From Candidatus Poribacteria bacterium (GTDB taxonomy: Bacteria > Poribacteria > WGA-4E > PCPOR2b), in contig OZ242351.1 in assembly GCA_965208675.1 (NCBI GenBank), positions 2,016,001-2,080,000 of the forward strand: 64,000 bases of DNA. Direction: 5' to 3'. The translations under genes were made by a program, and so were the position numbers. Shown here one piece after another: positions 21,501 through 29,849 of the stretch (its first letter is position 1; each line of letters opens with the position of its first letter). The notes beneath the pieces are model-generated. The model did not search any database. It had not been told where the DNA came from and was given only the letters and a program-made list of their open reading frames with translations.

Positions 21501-21929
21501 CGGGTTGCGGAGCTGTTTCGGCGGCTGACTGACGGCACGTCCGTCTGGACAAACGACAAGGGTGAAACGCTGCCGGTGACGGAGCGCGACGTGCTGATTA
21601 TTACGCCTTACAACGCCCAGGTGTCGGAGTTGATGAATCGGCTGCCGGATGCCAGGATTGGGACAGTGGACAAGTTCCAGGGGCAAGAAGCCCCGGTGGT
21701 GATTTACTCGATGGCGACATCGTCGCCGGAGGATGCGCCGCGCGGCATGGAATTTCTGTATAGCCTCAACCGGCTCAACGTCGCCACTTCGCGGGCGCGC
21801 TGCGTCTGCGTGTTGGCGGCATCTCCGAAACTGTTCGAACCGGAGTGCCACACGCCGCGCCAAATGAAGCTCGCCAACGCATTCTGCCGCTACCGGGAGT
21901 TGGCAACAGAGATAGCGGCGTCGGATTAG
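18516..21929 (+). CDS. TM0106-family RecB/Cas4-like nuclease + RNase H-like domain + SF1 (DNA2/NAM7-like) helicase
   Basis: LSASDL, GRADIL..DTK, CDICRWQRPC, FFDFEGDP, GPPGAGKT, DEAAQ, LGDPQQL, TVDKFQGQE, NRLNVATSRAR. Confidence 0.9.
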   Translation: MHTYEGGIRLSASDLVNHLSCRHLTRLNTAAALGEMVAPSPHDPFLELLQQRGAEHEENYIRHLKDRGLEIVRIGGDSVQDMNVNQTEAAMRRGAEVIVQGALAHGRWCGRADILRRVEAPSRLGRWSYEVYDTKLSRETKGATILQLSLYTDLVEQIQGERPKQMYVVVPWTEFQEEPYRTDDYAAYYRLVRRSLEQALDEDVPADTYPDPKPHCDICRWQRPCEQRRRNDDHLCLVAGISNSQIRELQSRDVSTTATLAEEPLPLAWQPKRGAKWSYERAREQARVQVAGRTQNRLIFETLELAPDRGLSMLPEPSPGDMFFDFEGDPFVGEGGLDYLFGYIVTGADGVHRHSALWAFTRADEKDSFERFVDLVIARWAEYPGMHIYHFGGYAPGAMKRLMGRYATREEEVDRMLRAGLFIDLYRVMREGIRASVESYSLKNMEAFYGFQRSVPHREAYLSNFSIQSALELGDALSISDFDKATVARANRDRCVSASRLRDWLEQEREKLIESGEDIERPAAGDGEASESISERQERVATLSEAIAGDVPADSEERTAEQQARWVLANLLDWHRREEKATWWEFFRLADLSAEDLSEERSALSGLAFIGTVGGTDERPVHRYQFEPQQTELKGGESLRGVGGEWYGTLDQINLEDRTVDIKKGGDNANVHHPAVYAQNYVRTHVLADALLRIGEHVAENGITVGGDNNAAQDLLLRQPPRLEGNPIRRGGETALQAATRIAPLLDAGVLPVQGPPGAGKTYTGARMIVELIKSGKQVGITANSHKVIRNLLDEVMRAAQGQDIPVEAIQKCSEEDFEESAYGIARATSNAGLFSALAFGTEVAGGSAWLWSRPEAHGVVDVLFIDEAAQMSLANVLAVSHAADSLVLLGDPQQLDQPTKGTHPDGTGVSALAHLLGGRQTIAEHQGLFLEETWRLHPKVCEFTSDAFYQGRLKSRQGMEIQKLNSSSPVSGTGLRLMPVHHEGNRNSSVEEAERVAELFRRLTDGTSVWTNDKGETLPVTERDVLIITPYNAQVSELMNRLPDARIGTVDKFQGQEAPVVIYSMATSSPEDAPRGMEFLYSLNRLNVATSRARCVCVLAASPKLFEPECHTPRQMKLANAFCRYRELATEIAASD

Positions 21930-22040
21930 GACGCAGCACCTTCGGCGAACCTGGCGCCGCGCATTCAACTTCTCGTGAATCCGCCGGACGAATTTCTGCG
22001 TTGAGATGATTGCCACCCACAACCAACAAAGGAGCTAATC

Positions 22041-22424
22041 ATGAAGATTCAACTGACGGGTGTAGTTGTTGACGACCAAGACAAAGCGCTTAAATTCTAT
22101 GTCGACGTGCTGGGGTTTGTTAAGAAACAGGATTTTCCGGTGGGTCAATTCAGGTGGATTACAGTTATTTCACCGGAAGGACACGATGATGTTGAATTGG
22201 TGCTTGAACCTAACGAAAACCCGGCGTCCAAGACTTTCCAAAAGTCGATCTACGAGCAGGGAATTCCGTACACGTCATTTGCGGTTGACGATATTCAAAA
22301 AGAGTACGAACGATTGACCGAACTGGGCGTCGAATTTAAGATGGCGCCGACGGAAACCGGAGATGTGATTACGGCCATATTTGATGATACGTGCGGCAAT
22401 CTCATACAGATCCATCAGGTCTAA
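22041..22424 (+). CDS. VOC/glyoxalase family protein
   Basis: VDDQDKALKFY..LGF, FDDTCGNLIQI; GGAG RBS. Confidence 0.9.
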   Translation: MKIQLTGVVVDDQDKALKFYVDVLGFVKKQDFPVGQFRWITVISPEGHDDVELVLEPNENPASKTFQKSIYEQGIPYTSFAVDDIQKEYERLTELGVEFKMAPTETGDVITAIFDDTCGNLIQIHQV

Positions 22425-22539
22425 CCGGTTATTTTTTTTACAGTCGGTCAATTTTTGGTAATTTCAACAATTGACCTCCGGCGTTCACTCGCGTCCGTTG
22501 AGGCGGCGGCGCCGTGAGGAAGAACTGGAGCGAATTAGG

Positions 22540-23658
22540 ATGAAACCCGATAAAGCACTTGCCACCGCAGCCGCGGCGGGCGACCTCAAAGCTATGCGTG
22601 CTATGCTCAATGAAGATAGCACGCTCGCCGCTAACTGGAAGCCGATAATGGATGCGTGTTACGCCGGACAGGCAGACGCGGCAGCCCTTCTGCTTGAGCA
22701 TGGGGCCGATCCGAACGTGAAATCCAAGTCCGCCCACCACTACCGCCCGCTGCACCGCACGGTGGAGTACAAGAAGACTGCACCCAAGCACGACGGCCAT
22801 CATCAGGTGGTTAAGTTGTTACTTGATGCGGGCGCCGACCCATTGATGCAGGGCAGTTATACGTTTATTAGCGCGATCGCCGTTTGCGCTACGGGCGAAT
22901 CGACTGAATTTTTGCCTGCGCTGCTGGACAGCGCGCCCCGGCGGTACGACATCTTCCACGCGGCTGTGCTTGGCGACGCTTCTCGCGTCAATGCTCTATT
23001 GAAGGATGACCCATCCCTGGCAAAGGCGCATCATGAGGGAACTAAAATTTGGACGAGCGACAAGGGCTGGACGCCGCTGACTTACTGCGTCAGTTCCCGC
23101 GTGGGAAACGACAGCGAGAAGAAGCGGAAGGCACTGGCGCGGATTGCGGGGAGTTTGATTGAACACGGCGCCGACCTGACCGGCTGCGTCGATCAAGCCA
23201 TCTACAGAAATAATTCGGAGGTTTTCGAGTTGCTGCTTAAATCCGGTGGTAGATGCGCCGACGACGACACGCTCAACCACGCGGCTTGCGACGGGCATTT
23301 TGACTCGCTTGAACTGCTACTAGAATACGGAGCAGCACTCGACGGCACCCGCGGGACGGATCATCACGGCGGTTACACGCCGCTGGGATGTACGGTGTCG
23401 TGCCGCAGCATCCAGGGCGCCCGATGGTTTTTGGAGAAGGGGCAGGATCCGAACAACATCAAGAGCAAGTATGGTGAAAACTGTTTGCATGTGGCGGTGC
23501 ATTTCGGCGCCAGCGACAAGATGCTGCAGTTGCTGCTTGATTACGGCGCCAAGCTTGACCAGAAGGATAAACAGGGACGTACACCGCTTGCGCGCGCACA
23601 TGAGAAGAAGCACAAGAAGGCGATAAGCTTTTTGGAATCTGCCGGTGCAGCGGCATGA
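22540..23658 (+). CDS. Ankyrin repeat protein
   Basis: Repeated LL.HGADPN, GWTPL, GYTPL, GENCLH, GRTPL; GGAG RBS before ATG 22540. Confidence 0.9.
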   Translation: MKPDKALATAAAAGDLKAMRAMLNEDSTLAANWKPIMDACYAGQADAAALLLEHGADPNVKSKSAHHYRPLHRTVEYKKTAPKHDGHHQVVKLLLDAGADPLMQGSYTFISAIAVCATGESTEFLPALLDSAPRRYDIFHAAVLGDASRVNALLKDDPSLAKAHHEGTKIWTSDKGWTPLTYCVSSRVGNDSEKKRKALARIAGSLIEHGADLTGCVDQAIYRNNSEVFELLLKSGGRCADDDTLNHAACDGHFDSLELLLEYGAALDGTRGTDHHGGYTPLGCTVSCRSIQGARWFLEKGQDPNNIKSKYGENCLHVAVHFGASDKMLQLLLDYGAKLDQKDKQGRTPLARAHEKKHKKAISFLESAGAAA

Positions 23659-23754
23659 GCAGCGGGGAATCATCGTTAACCATCAGCATGGCGCAATACC
23701 GTGGCGCGGTTGCAGGATTTTTGATGCAAATTCCCGCCGGTGAATACTTTTCAC

Positions 23755-23783
23755 TTGACAACTAAGTGTGCGTGTAGTATATT
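23755..23783 (+). promoter_or_regulatory. Putative sigma70 promoter, probably giving a leaderless mRNA
   Basis: TTGACA, 17-nt spacer, TATATT; ATG 7 nt downstream, no clear SD. Confidence 0.55.
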
Positions 23784-23790
23784 TTAGGTT

Positions 23791-24576
23791 ATGCCACACG
23801 CCCACTTAAACATAGAAGAACACGCGGCGCGTTCGGTGTTGATGCCGCAAGACGGAATCCCGGTCAAAGGATACACCCTCAATCCGTACATCGGCTGCGG
23901 CATGGGGTGCGCCTATTGCTATGTGATGAAGTACCACTATGCGCGCGAGCATCCTCTGCCTTGGGGAACTTGGGTCAAGCCGAAGGTGAACGCACCATTT
24001 CTGATTGGGAAGGCGCGCGCCAAAATGTGGGGGCGCCGGATATTCGTGGGTTCCGCCACGGATCCGTACCAATACATTGAACGGCAATACCGGCTCACGC
24101 GGCGTTGTTTGAAAATAGTGTTGGAAAGCAACCCGAAAAGTGTTGTCGTGCACACGCGCAGTCCGCTCATCTTGGACGACGTTGAGCTACTGCAGGCGTT
24201 TGGCAACCGCTTGCGGGTGGGCTTTTCTGTTCCTACCGACGACGATAGGGTGCGGCGCAAACTTGAGCCGCATGCGCCGCGGATTGGGGTTCGCTTGAGA
24301 ACAATGCGCCGCCTCAGAGCTGCAGGAATTTACGTCATGGCGTCCTTGACACCGCTGCTCCACTGCAGCAGCCCGACCCGCTTCGCCCAACTCCTCAAAG
24401 ATGCCGCAGACGGCGTCTATACCGGGGCAATCCGCTACCTAGACAAAACAGGCATACAGCAGATGGACCGCGCAAAAGCGTACTTCGGCAGCACCGAGTA
24501 CGAGGAACTGATTGAAGAGATGAACCGATGTTTGGCAGCGGTCGGGTTGCTGAAAGATTGTCACAGCGAAGAGTAG
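23791..24576 (+). CDS. Radical SAM protein, SplB/Rv2578c-like (DNA repair associated)
   Basis: LNPYIGCGMGCAYCY (CxxxCxxC), GSATDPYQ, TRSPLI. Confidence 0.85.
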   Translation: MPHAHLNIEEHAARSVLMPQDGIPVKGYTLNPYIGCGMGCAYCYVMKYHYAREHPLPWGTWVKPKVNAPFLIGKARAKMWGRRIFVGSATDPYQYIERQYRLTRRCLKIVLESNPKSVVVHTRSPLILDDVELLQAFGNRLRVGFSVPTDDDRVRRKLEPHAPRIGVRLRTMRRLRAAGIYVMASLTPLLHCSSPTRFAQLLKDAADGVYTGAIRYLDKTGIQQMDRAKAYFGSTEYEELIEEMNRCLAAVGLLKDCHSEE

Positions 24577-24598
24577 GACACAACGGTCTTTAGTCGTC

Positions 24599-24928
24599 TT
24601 AGTAACGGACGGCCCTCGCGTTGTTCGGAAACGTGTACTCGCGGGCTTGTGAGCGTCCGGGCCAAGCTTCTATACCTGTATGCGATAACCCGTAGTAGTC
24701 CACCATTGTTGTGGAGACACTCGCCGCGTCTCTTCTCAGATGATTCAAGATGTCCCTTCTTGCCACTGGCCATGCCCGAATCCCTCCACGCTGACTCCGC
24801 TGACGGGCATTACCTACCAATCGTGCACCAACCATTGAGAAACCACGGACGCACAGATGTGGCGCCAGGATTTGGTTGACGAAACTTTCTTCGGTTTGTC
24901 CCTCCACATGAACGAGCAATCTGGTCAT
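24599..24928 (-). pseudogene. DUF4276 (TOPRIM-like) protein, apparently 3'-truncated
   Basis: RLLVHVEGQTEESFV, TTMVDYYGL; only 109 aa against roughly twice that for the family; ATGA overlap with the ATPase. Confidence 0.65.
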
Positions 24929-26052
24929 TGCGCTGTACCCCGATTTGCGGACTCAGGTGCCGGACGTCCGCCAAACTCATTTTTCTCCCAGAGTTGACCG
25001 AGGCTATAATTCTCAAGCCGGTTTTTCAGTTTTTCTCCTTCTAGCCTCATGAATTGAGTTGCTCCTTCCACACGATTAGTTACAAGTAGGTCATCTGGTT
25101 CGAAATGGTCGAGCAATAGAGATGACTGTGTCGCGAGGACAATTTGGGTTTCCACGGACGCCTGTTTGATCAGAGAGGCGAGAATTGCGATTGCGGATGG
25201 ATTCAATCCTAGTTCGGGTTCGTCCAAAAGAATCACGGAAGGGCGCAGTCTTCTCGGTTGCAACAGCAAAGTCGCCAAAGCGATGAACCGCAGCGTTGCA
25301 TCGGACAGGGAATGTGCGTCAAAGTAATTGTCGAATTCATCATGCCGCCACTCAAGTCGGATTTTATCTCTCTTGAGCGTCAATAACTCAAGGACAAAAA
25401 ACGGGACAACCAGCCGCACTGTACAGAGTATCAAATCATAATAATTCTCGTGTTTTTCGCGCAGGCGATACAATAAAGACGCGAGATTCGAGCCGTCAGA
25501 CCGCAAGCAGCGATTATCGCTTTGATAGCTTATAGTCCTCAAGGGTGATGTGGAACTTGTGTCGTTAAAATGATACACTCGCCATCGCATAAGGTGGTTT
25601 CGAACGCCCGATATTGCTTGAGATCGCCGTTGCGGAATGCGGATCCCGGCTTCTCCAGCCCGTCCGATAAGCGACTGCTTGTAGGGTTGGCCGGGATATT
25701 TTGCCTTGTCCAAATACAAAACTTCTTCATCGGAAGGATACATACCATCAAAATCATCTGCCTCAAACTTTATTTCATACCGGTATTTTTCGTTCTCGAA
25801 TGATATGTGAATTGTCAGATGTTGTGTTATTCCCGCGCCGAAGTGCAAAATCCTGTCTGCTCCGCCAGACCGTGAGATGTAGTTTTGAAATTGCCCATCG
25901 CTGATGGCATTCAGCAAGGAGAAGACATGGAGGAGGTTGGACTTCCCTGCGCCGTTCGGACCGATTAGTACGTTGATTGGGCGGAGCTCCAATTTTTCCA
26001 TGGAATTGATACTCTTGAAACCCCTTACTGTTATCCAATCAAGTGCAGGCAT
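24925..26052 (-). CDS. AAA_21/ABC-type ATPase
   Basis: GPNGAGKS, YHFND, LSDAT(LR), LLDEPELGL, ATQS, LGQLWEKN. Confidence 0.85.
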   Translation of the reverse strand: MPALDWITVRGFKSINSMEKLELRPINVLIGPNGAGKSNLLHVFSLLNAISDGQFQNYISRSGGADRILHFGAGITQHLTIHISFENEKYRYEIKFEADDFDGMYPSDEEVLYLDKAKYPGQPYKQSLIGRAGEAGIRIPQRRSQAISGVRNHLMRWRVYHFNDTSSTSPLRTISYQSDNRCLRSDGSNLASLLYRLREKHENYYDLILCTVRLVVPFFVLELLTLKRDKIRLEWRHDEFDNYFDAHSLSDATLRFIALATLLLQPRRLRPSVILLDEPELGLNPSAIAILASLIKQASVETQIVLATQSSLLLDHFEPDDLLVTNRVEGATQFMRLEGEKLKNRLENYSLGQLWEKNEFGGRPAPESANRGTAQ

Positions 26053-26163
26053 GGGAACCTCTCTGTGCGTGGAAAACGTTCAACGATGTGCGCTGCAGAC
26101 TGTAGCTAGCGGGAAGGTTTCTATTTATCTGAAAAAACTATCTTCGATTTGATGATTGAAGAT

Positions 26164-26280
26164 CCCCGCTAGGGTTTTGGCTTTATAGTGAATTGAAGTT
26201 TCTATATATCTGCCGCCCCGCTGGGGCTAAATGTTGATATGTTACTATGAATTCTATATACCTGTCGCCCCTCTGGGGCT
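26164..26280. repeat. Tandem REP copies, same family as 13659-14855
   Basis: CCCCGCTAGGGTT, CTGCCGCCCCGCTGGGGCT and CCTGTCGCCCCTCTGGGGCT spaced about 51 nt apart. Confidence 0.75.
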
Positions 26281-26314
26281 ATCGGGCGGTGGAATAACTT
26301 TGGAAAGATGTCTA

Positions 26315-27712
26315 TTATTTTGCGACAATTACAGTGCCGGTTTTGAAGCTTTCGCCGACCTGCATTTGGTAAACGTAAACGCCGCTTTCGACGAGATTGC
26401 CATCCTCGTCTTCGCCGTTCCATTCTAGCTCGCGTGCGCCCGCATCTCCTATCAACTCTTTGACAAGTACGCCGTTGATGTTGAAAATTAGGACGGTGAA
26501 TTCTCCTTCAGCATCTTCAATTGCCCGCGCGGGAAACACAACACGGTTGTAATCGGCATTGCTGGAAAGCGGGGTAAAGGGATTGGGAAAGGGTTCGCCG
26601 AGAATTCGAAGCGTTTGAGCGGTTTGTTCCGACCTGTTGCCGGTTTCGTCAATTGCTTCGACAGCGTAAATAAAAACGCCCACGCCGAGTGCGCGCCGGT
26701 CGATAAATTCCAACGGCTGATCGGCGGGGATTTTTCCATCGCCACCGGTCTCATCAAGTATAGGGGTCAACTGATCGCCTAACCGCCCAAAAAAGAGTCC
26801 GTATTCCGCAACATCGCGAGTGGGACTACTCTCCCACGTCACCTCAATCCTGCCGCCGACCGTATTTATTGCGACGCCGGCGGGCGGTTGCGGCGCGGCA
26901 GTATCCGGGTGAACGTCAACGAAGATTGGCTCAGAACGTGTGGATTGCAATAGCGGTGTCTTGTAGGCTGTAATTGAGTAACTGTGCGTTCCCGGAGGAA
27001 CATTCACATCTTGAAAAACGGTCGCAGACGGCGTTTCGACATTGATTGGCGGATCTGCGTCACGATAAATGAAATAGCCGTTGACATCCGAGTCAGTCGA
27101 CTTGTGCCATTTAATAATTACGTCGTTTTCGCCAGTGGGCTCCGTCTCTACAGTAAACCCTTGTACTGGTGCCGGGGGTACGTTGGGAATAACCAGTAGG
27201 GAAAAGTCATTATTGTTTGATTTGCCGTCTACATTTCCTGGTTTGATAGCTTCGCCGATTGGGCGGTCTTCCTTATTTCTGAGCCGCACGTTAAAATTTG
27301 CCGCGCCCGTGGTTTCAGGGGTTCTACTGTCGAAAACAATTTCGTAGTATGCGTTACTCAGATCCGCAATTGGATTGGTGAGAACAATTCGCAGGATATT
27401 CCCTGTGACTTCCGGTTCAGCTGCAATTGGCTCGCCGTCTCGCGCCACGAATCGAAAATTCGTCTGCCAGAACATCTGCGCTTGTGCCAACCTGATTTCC
27501 ATGGTTCTGATGTCCTCCGTGCCGGGTTCTGCGAGCGACCGATCGATGGTAAGGGCTACAATTAACGTCACCGTGGAACTAGCGGGTGCACGCCCTTGAT
27601 TGTCTCCTTCGACGTTTATTTCTCCTCTGGAGTCTACGGCAGCGTTAGCGTTAAACGCCGCACACAGAAGTAAAAAGGTAATTATTCCGATGGTGAAATG
27701 GCGTTTTGTCAC
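26315..27712 (-). CDS. Secreted FN3/Ig-like protein with a C-terminal FlgD-Ig (T9SS-CTD-like) domain
   Basis: Signal peptide (..NANA); two FN3-like repeats; PFPNPFTP..IFNING.LVK..WNGEDE.GNLVESGVYVY. Confidence 0.75.
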   Translation of the reverse strand: MTKRHFTIGIITFLLLCAAFNANAAVDSRGEINVEGDNQGRAPASSTVTLIVALTIDRSLAEPGTEDIRTMEIRLAQAQMFWQTNFRFVARDGEPIAAEPEVTGNILRIVLTNPIADLSNAYYEIVFDSRTPETTGAANFNVRLRNKEDRPIGEAIKPGNVDGKSNNNDFSLLVIPNVPPAPVQGFTVETEPTGENDVIIKWHKSTDSDVNGYFIYRDADPPINVETPSATVFQDVNVPPGTHSYSITAYKTPLLQSTRSEPIFVDVHPDTAAPQPPAGVAINTVGGRIEVTWESSPTRDVAEYGLFFGRLGDQLTPILDETGGDGKIPADQPLEFIDRRALGVGVFIYAVEAIDETGNRSEQTAQTLRILGEPFPNPFTPLSSNADYNRVVFPARAIEDAEGEFTVLIFNINGVLVKELIGDAGARELEWNGEDEDGNLVESGVYVYQMQVGESFKTGTVIVAK

Positions 27713-27728
27713 GTTTTCCTCCTTTTAC

Positions 27729-28682
27729 CTAAAACATCACATTTAGTGAAATGCGCTGCGTCGTGTTGTTCTCAAGATTACCAGTGAGAATCTGGAAAGC
27801 GTAGTCCAGTTGGAGGTTGAACTCTGAAATGGGAATTCTCGCGCTCCCGCCGACTACGACAGCGCCCGCGCCATTCACTCCGCTTGATACCGCATAGCCG
27901 CCGCGAACGCCTATGGATTGATTGAACCACACTTCCGCACCGGCGTGAATCTGGCGATTTCCATCTCGAAAACTAACGTCGAGGAGCCCGACGCTGGATT
28001 TTAGTGCTTCACGCAGGGACTCCTGCGCAATGGTCTCTGCAATCGCCTCAAGGCTGTACGCAAATCCGGTGCGCATATTGACAGGAATTTTATCCTCATT
28101 TGCCTCAGAGACACTAATATCCGCCGGAAGCAGGTTTTCCACCGAAAGCCCCCAACTAAATCCTGGCACCGGTTTTGCTAGCAAACCGACATCAAATGAA
28201 AACGCGGAAGCAGCGGTTTTCTCGGCAAAATACGGATTGGCGCGAACGGATTCATTTTCTTCATCGTAGCGCGTCCCCAGGGATTTGAGGTTTACGCCAA
28301 ACGCAAATTTCTGTAAGAACGATTTGCCGTAAGAGAGTTTTATAGTCTGTTCATCATAAATTTCAGATTCTTCGCTGAGAATACCGATGCTTAATCCTAG
28401 TGTGCCAGCGGCTGCGAGCGGCAATATGCCGCCGATGTAGTCGTAACGGATAAGTCCTTGGAACCGCTGTGCATACGTCGCACTTAACTGGTATTTATCA
28501 ATAAAACCGAGACCCGCAGCGTTATAATGTGCGGCATTGCCATCGTCCGCTATGGCGACGAAAGCGCCGCCCAACCCCAGCGGGCGTGCTCCCACGCCGA
28601 TATCGTTGAATGCAGCGAAGACTAAACCGCCAGGTACAAATAAAACCGCAATTGCAGAGATGACGATTTTCAATTTTATCAT
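27729..28682 (-). CDS. PorV/PorQ-like outer-membrane beta-barrel protein
   Basis: Signal peptide; GVGARPLGLGGAFVAIADD..A.HYN.AGL; terminal beta strand ending in F. Confidence 0.75.
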   Translation of the reverse strand: MIKLKIVISAIAVLFVPGGLVFAAFNDIGVGARPLGLGGAFVAIADDGNAAHYNAAGLGFIDKYQLSATYAQRFQGLIRYDYIGGILPLAAAGTLGLSIGILSEESEIYDEQTIKLSYGKSFLQKFAFGVNLKSLGTRYDEENESVRANPYFAEKTAASAFSFDVGLLAKPVPGFSWGLSVENLLPADISVSEANEDKIPVNMRTGFAYSLEAIAETIAQESLREALKSSVGLLDVSFRDGNRQIHAGAEVWFNQSIGVRGGYAVSSGVNGAGAVVVGGSARIPISEFNLQLDYAFQILTGNLENNTTQRISLNVMF

Positions 28683-28955
28683 ATTTTCTCACCTTTCAAT
28701 GTCTTTTGTGTAAAGCCGAAACCCGATAAAATAGTATCAAATGACCTGATGATAGTTGGAATGCGCGTGGTTACTGACTTCGAGCCATCATCAAATGAGC
28801 GAGTTAGGTTGGCTTAACTAGCCTATCCTTCAAGAAATTCATTGGGTTTGGCTAGAAGCATGACAAAGTATATCAAAAAGGCTATCGCGTGCCAAGCCGA
28901 TGCCAAAGAAAGAGACGTTGTTTTCCCAAGTCTAAGCAATAATAGGCGTATTCTG

Positions 28956-29849
28956 TCATTGCAAGTCTCCTGTAGGTTTGGAACTGGACGGCACGTTGTT
29001 ATCTTTGTCGTCGTCCAAGTTTGCGTTGATGTCATTGAGCGAATGTTGAGGAATAAGGTCGAGATATTGAGAAATGACGCGCTTGGAAAGTTTGGTAATC
29101 TGAGAGATTTTGTCAATATCATCAGTAGCGGTGCGAACAATCTTAACCGACTCATAATCACGGATGTATCGGTCAACAGCTTCTTTGGAGTGCTTGGTCT
29201 CAGCCGCAATGGTTGGCGTCAGATACCCTTGTAGATAAAGGGTGATAATCTCTTTCTTGTGGGTAATTGCTGCTGACAAATCGTGAATGTTGCCGCGGGT
29301 GGGCAAGATTTTTCCACTGGTGCTTTGCCACTCATTGACATACGCACTGACCACCGGGTCTCGGACGTTGAGCAACACAGCCAGGTCTAGTTGAGTCAAC
29401 AATGCCCCTTGGTCATAGGCTTGATAACACCATCGCACCAATCGATGAATTCTGAGTTCACGAGAGCTGAAGCCGCTGTAATAGTGTTCAATGTCCTCGG
29501 GGGCGAGAAAGCTTAAAACCACAGGTTTCATGCGGGTTTTAACGATTGACTTGGCTTTCTGTGGATATTCGTCAATCGGTACAGCCATCCAAACCAGTTG
29601 ACCATAGCTAAGCAGTCGTTCGTTAGGGAGTTGTTCGCCGGAGGCTAGTTTATCAAGTGGCAAGCGAATCAGGAAATAGTCCTCAATGGTTTTGACGATG
29701 TCATCGACAATGGCTTTGGCAGTCACTTCGCCTTTGTCATACCCATAGGAATTGATAAAGCGATGAATCAGCAACTGCCGCAACGATTTATCATTGATAC
29801 GTCTGATTTTCTTCTCGTTGATTTGGGTTCGCGTCAATGATTTACTCAT
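28956..29849 (-). CDS. DUF1670 domain-containing protein (second copy)
   Basis: QAYDQGALLTQLDLAVLL, PTRGNIHD, THKKEII, HSKEAVDRY; ATGA overlap with the upstream paralogue. Confidence 0.8.
   Translation of the reverse strand: MSKSLTRTQINEKKIRRINDKSLRQLLIHRFINSYGYDKGEVTAKAIVDDIVKTIEDYFLIRLPLDKLASGEQLPNERLLSYGQLVWMAVPIDEYPQKAKSIVKTRMKPVVLSFLAPEDIEHYYSGFSSRELRIHRLVRWCYQAYDQGALLTQLDLAVLLNVRDPVVSAYVNEWQSTSGKILPTRGNIHDLSAAITHKKEIITLYLQGYLTPTIAAETKHSKEAVDRYIRDYESVKIVRTATDDIDKISQITKLSKRVISQYLDLIPQHSLNDINANLDDDKDNNVPSSSKPTGDLQ

Noticed and set aside
28823-29234. 128-aa and 130-aa ORFs as the missing transposase
   Set aside because: They overlap DUF1670 in an alternative frame or antisense and show no transposase motifs.
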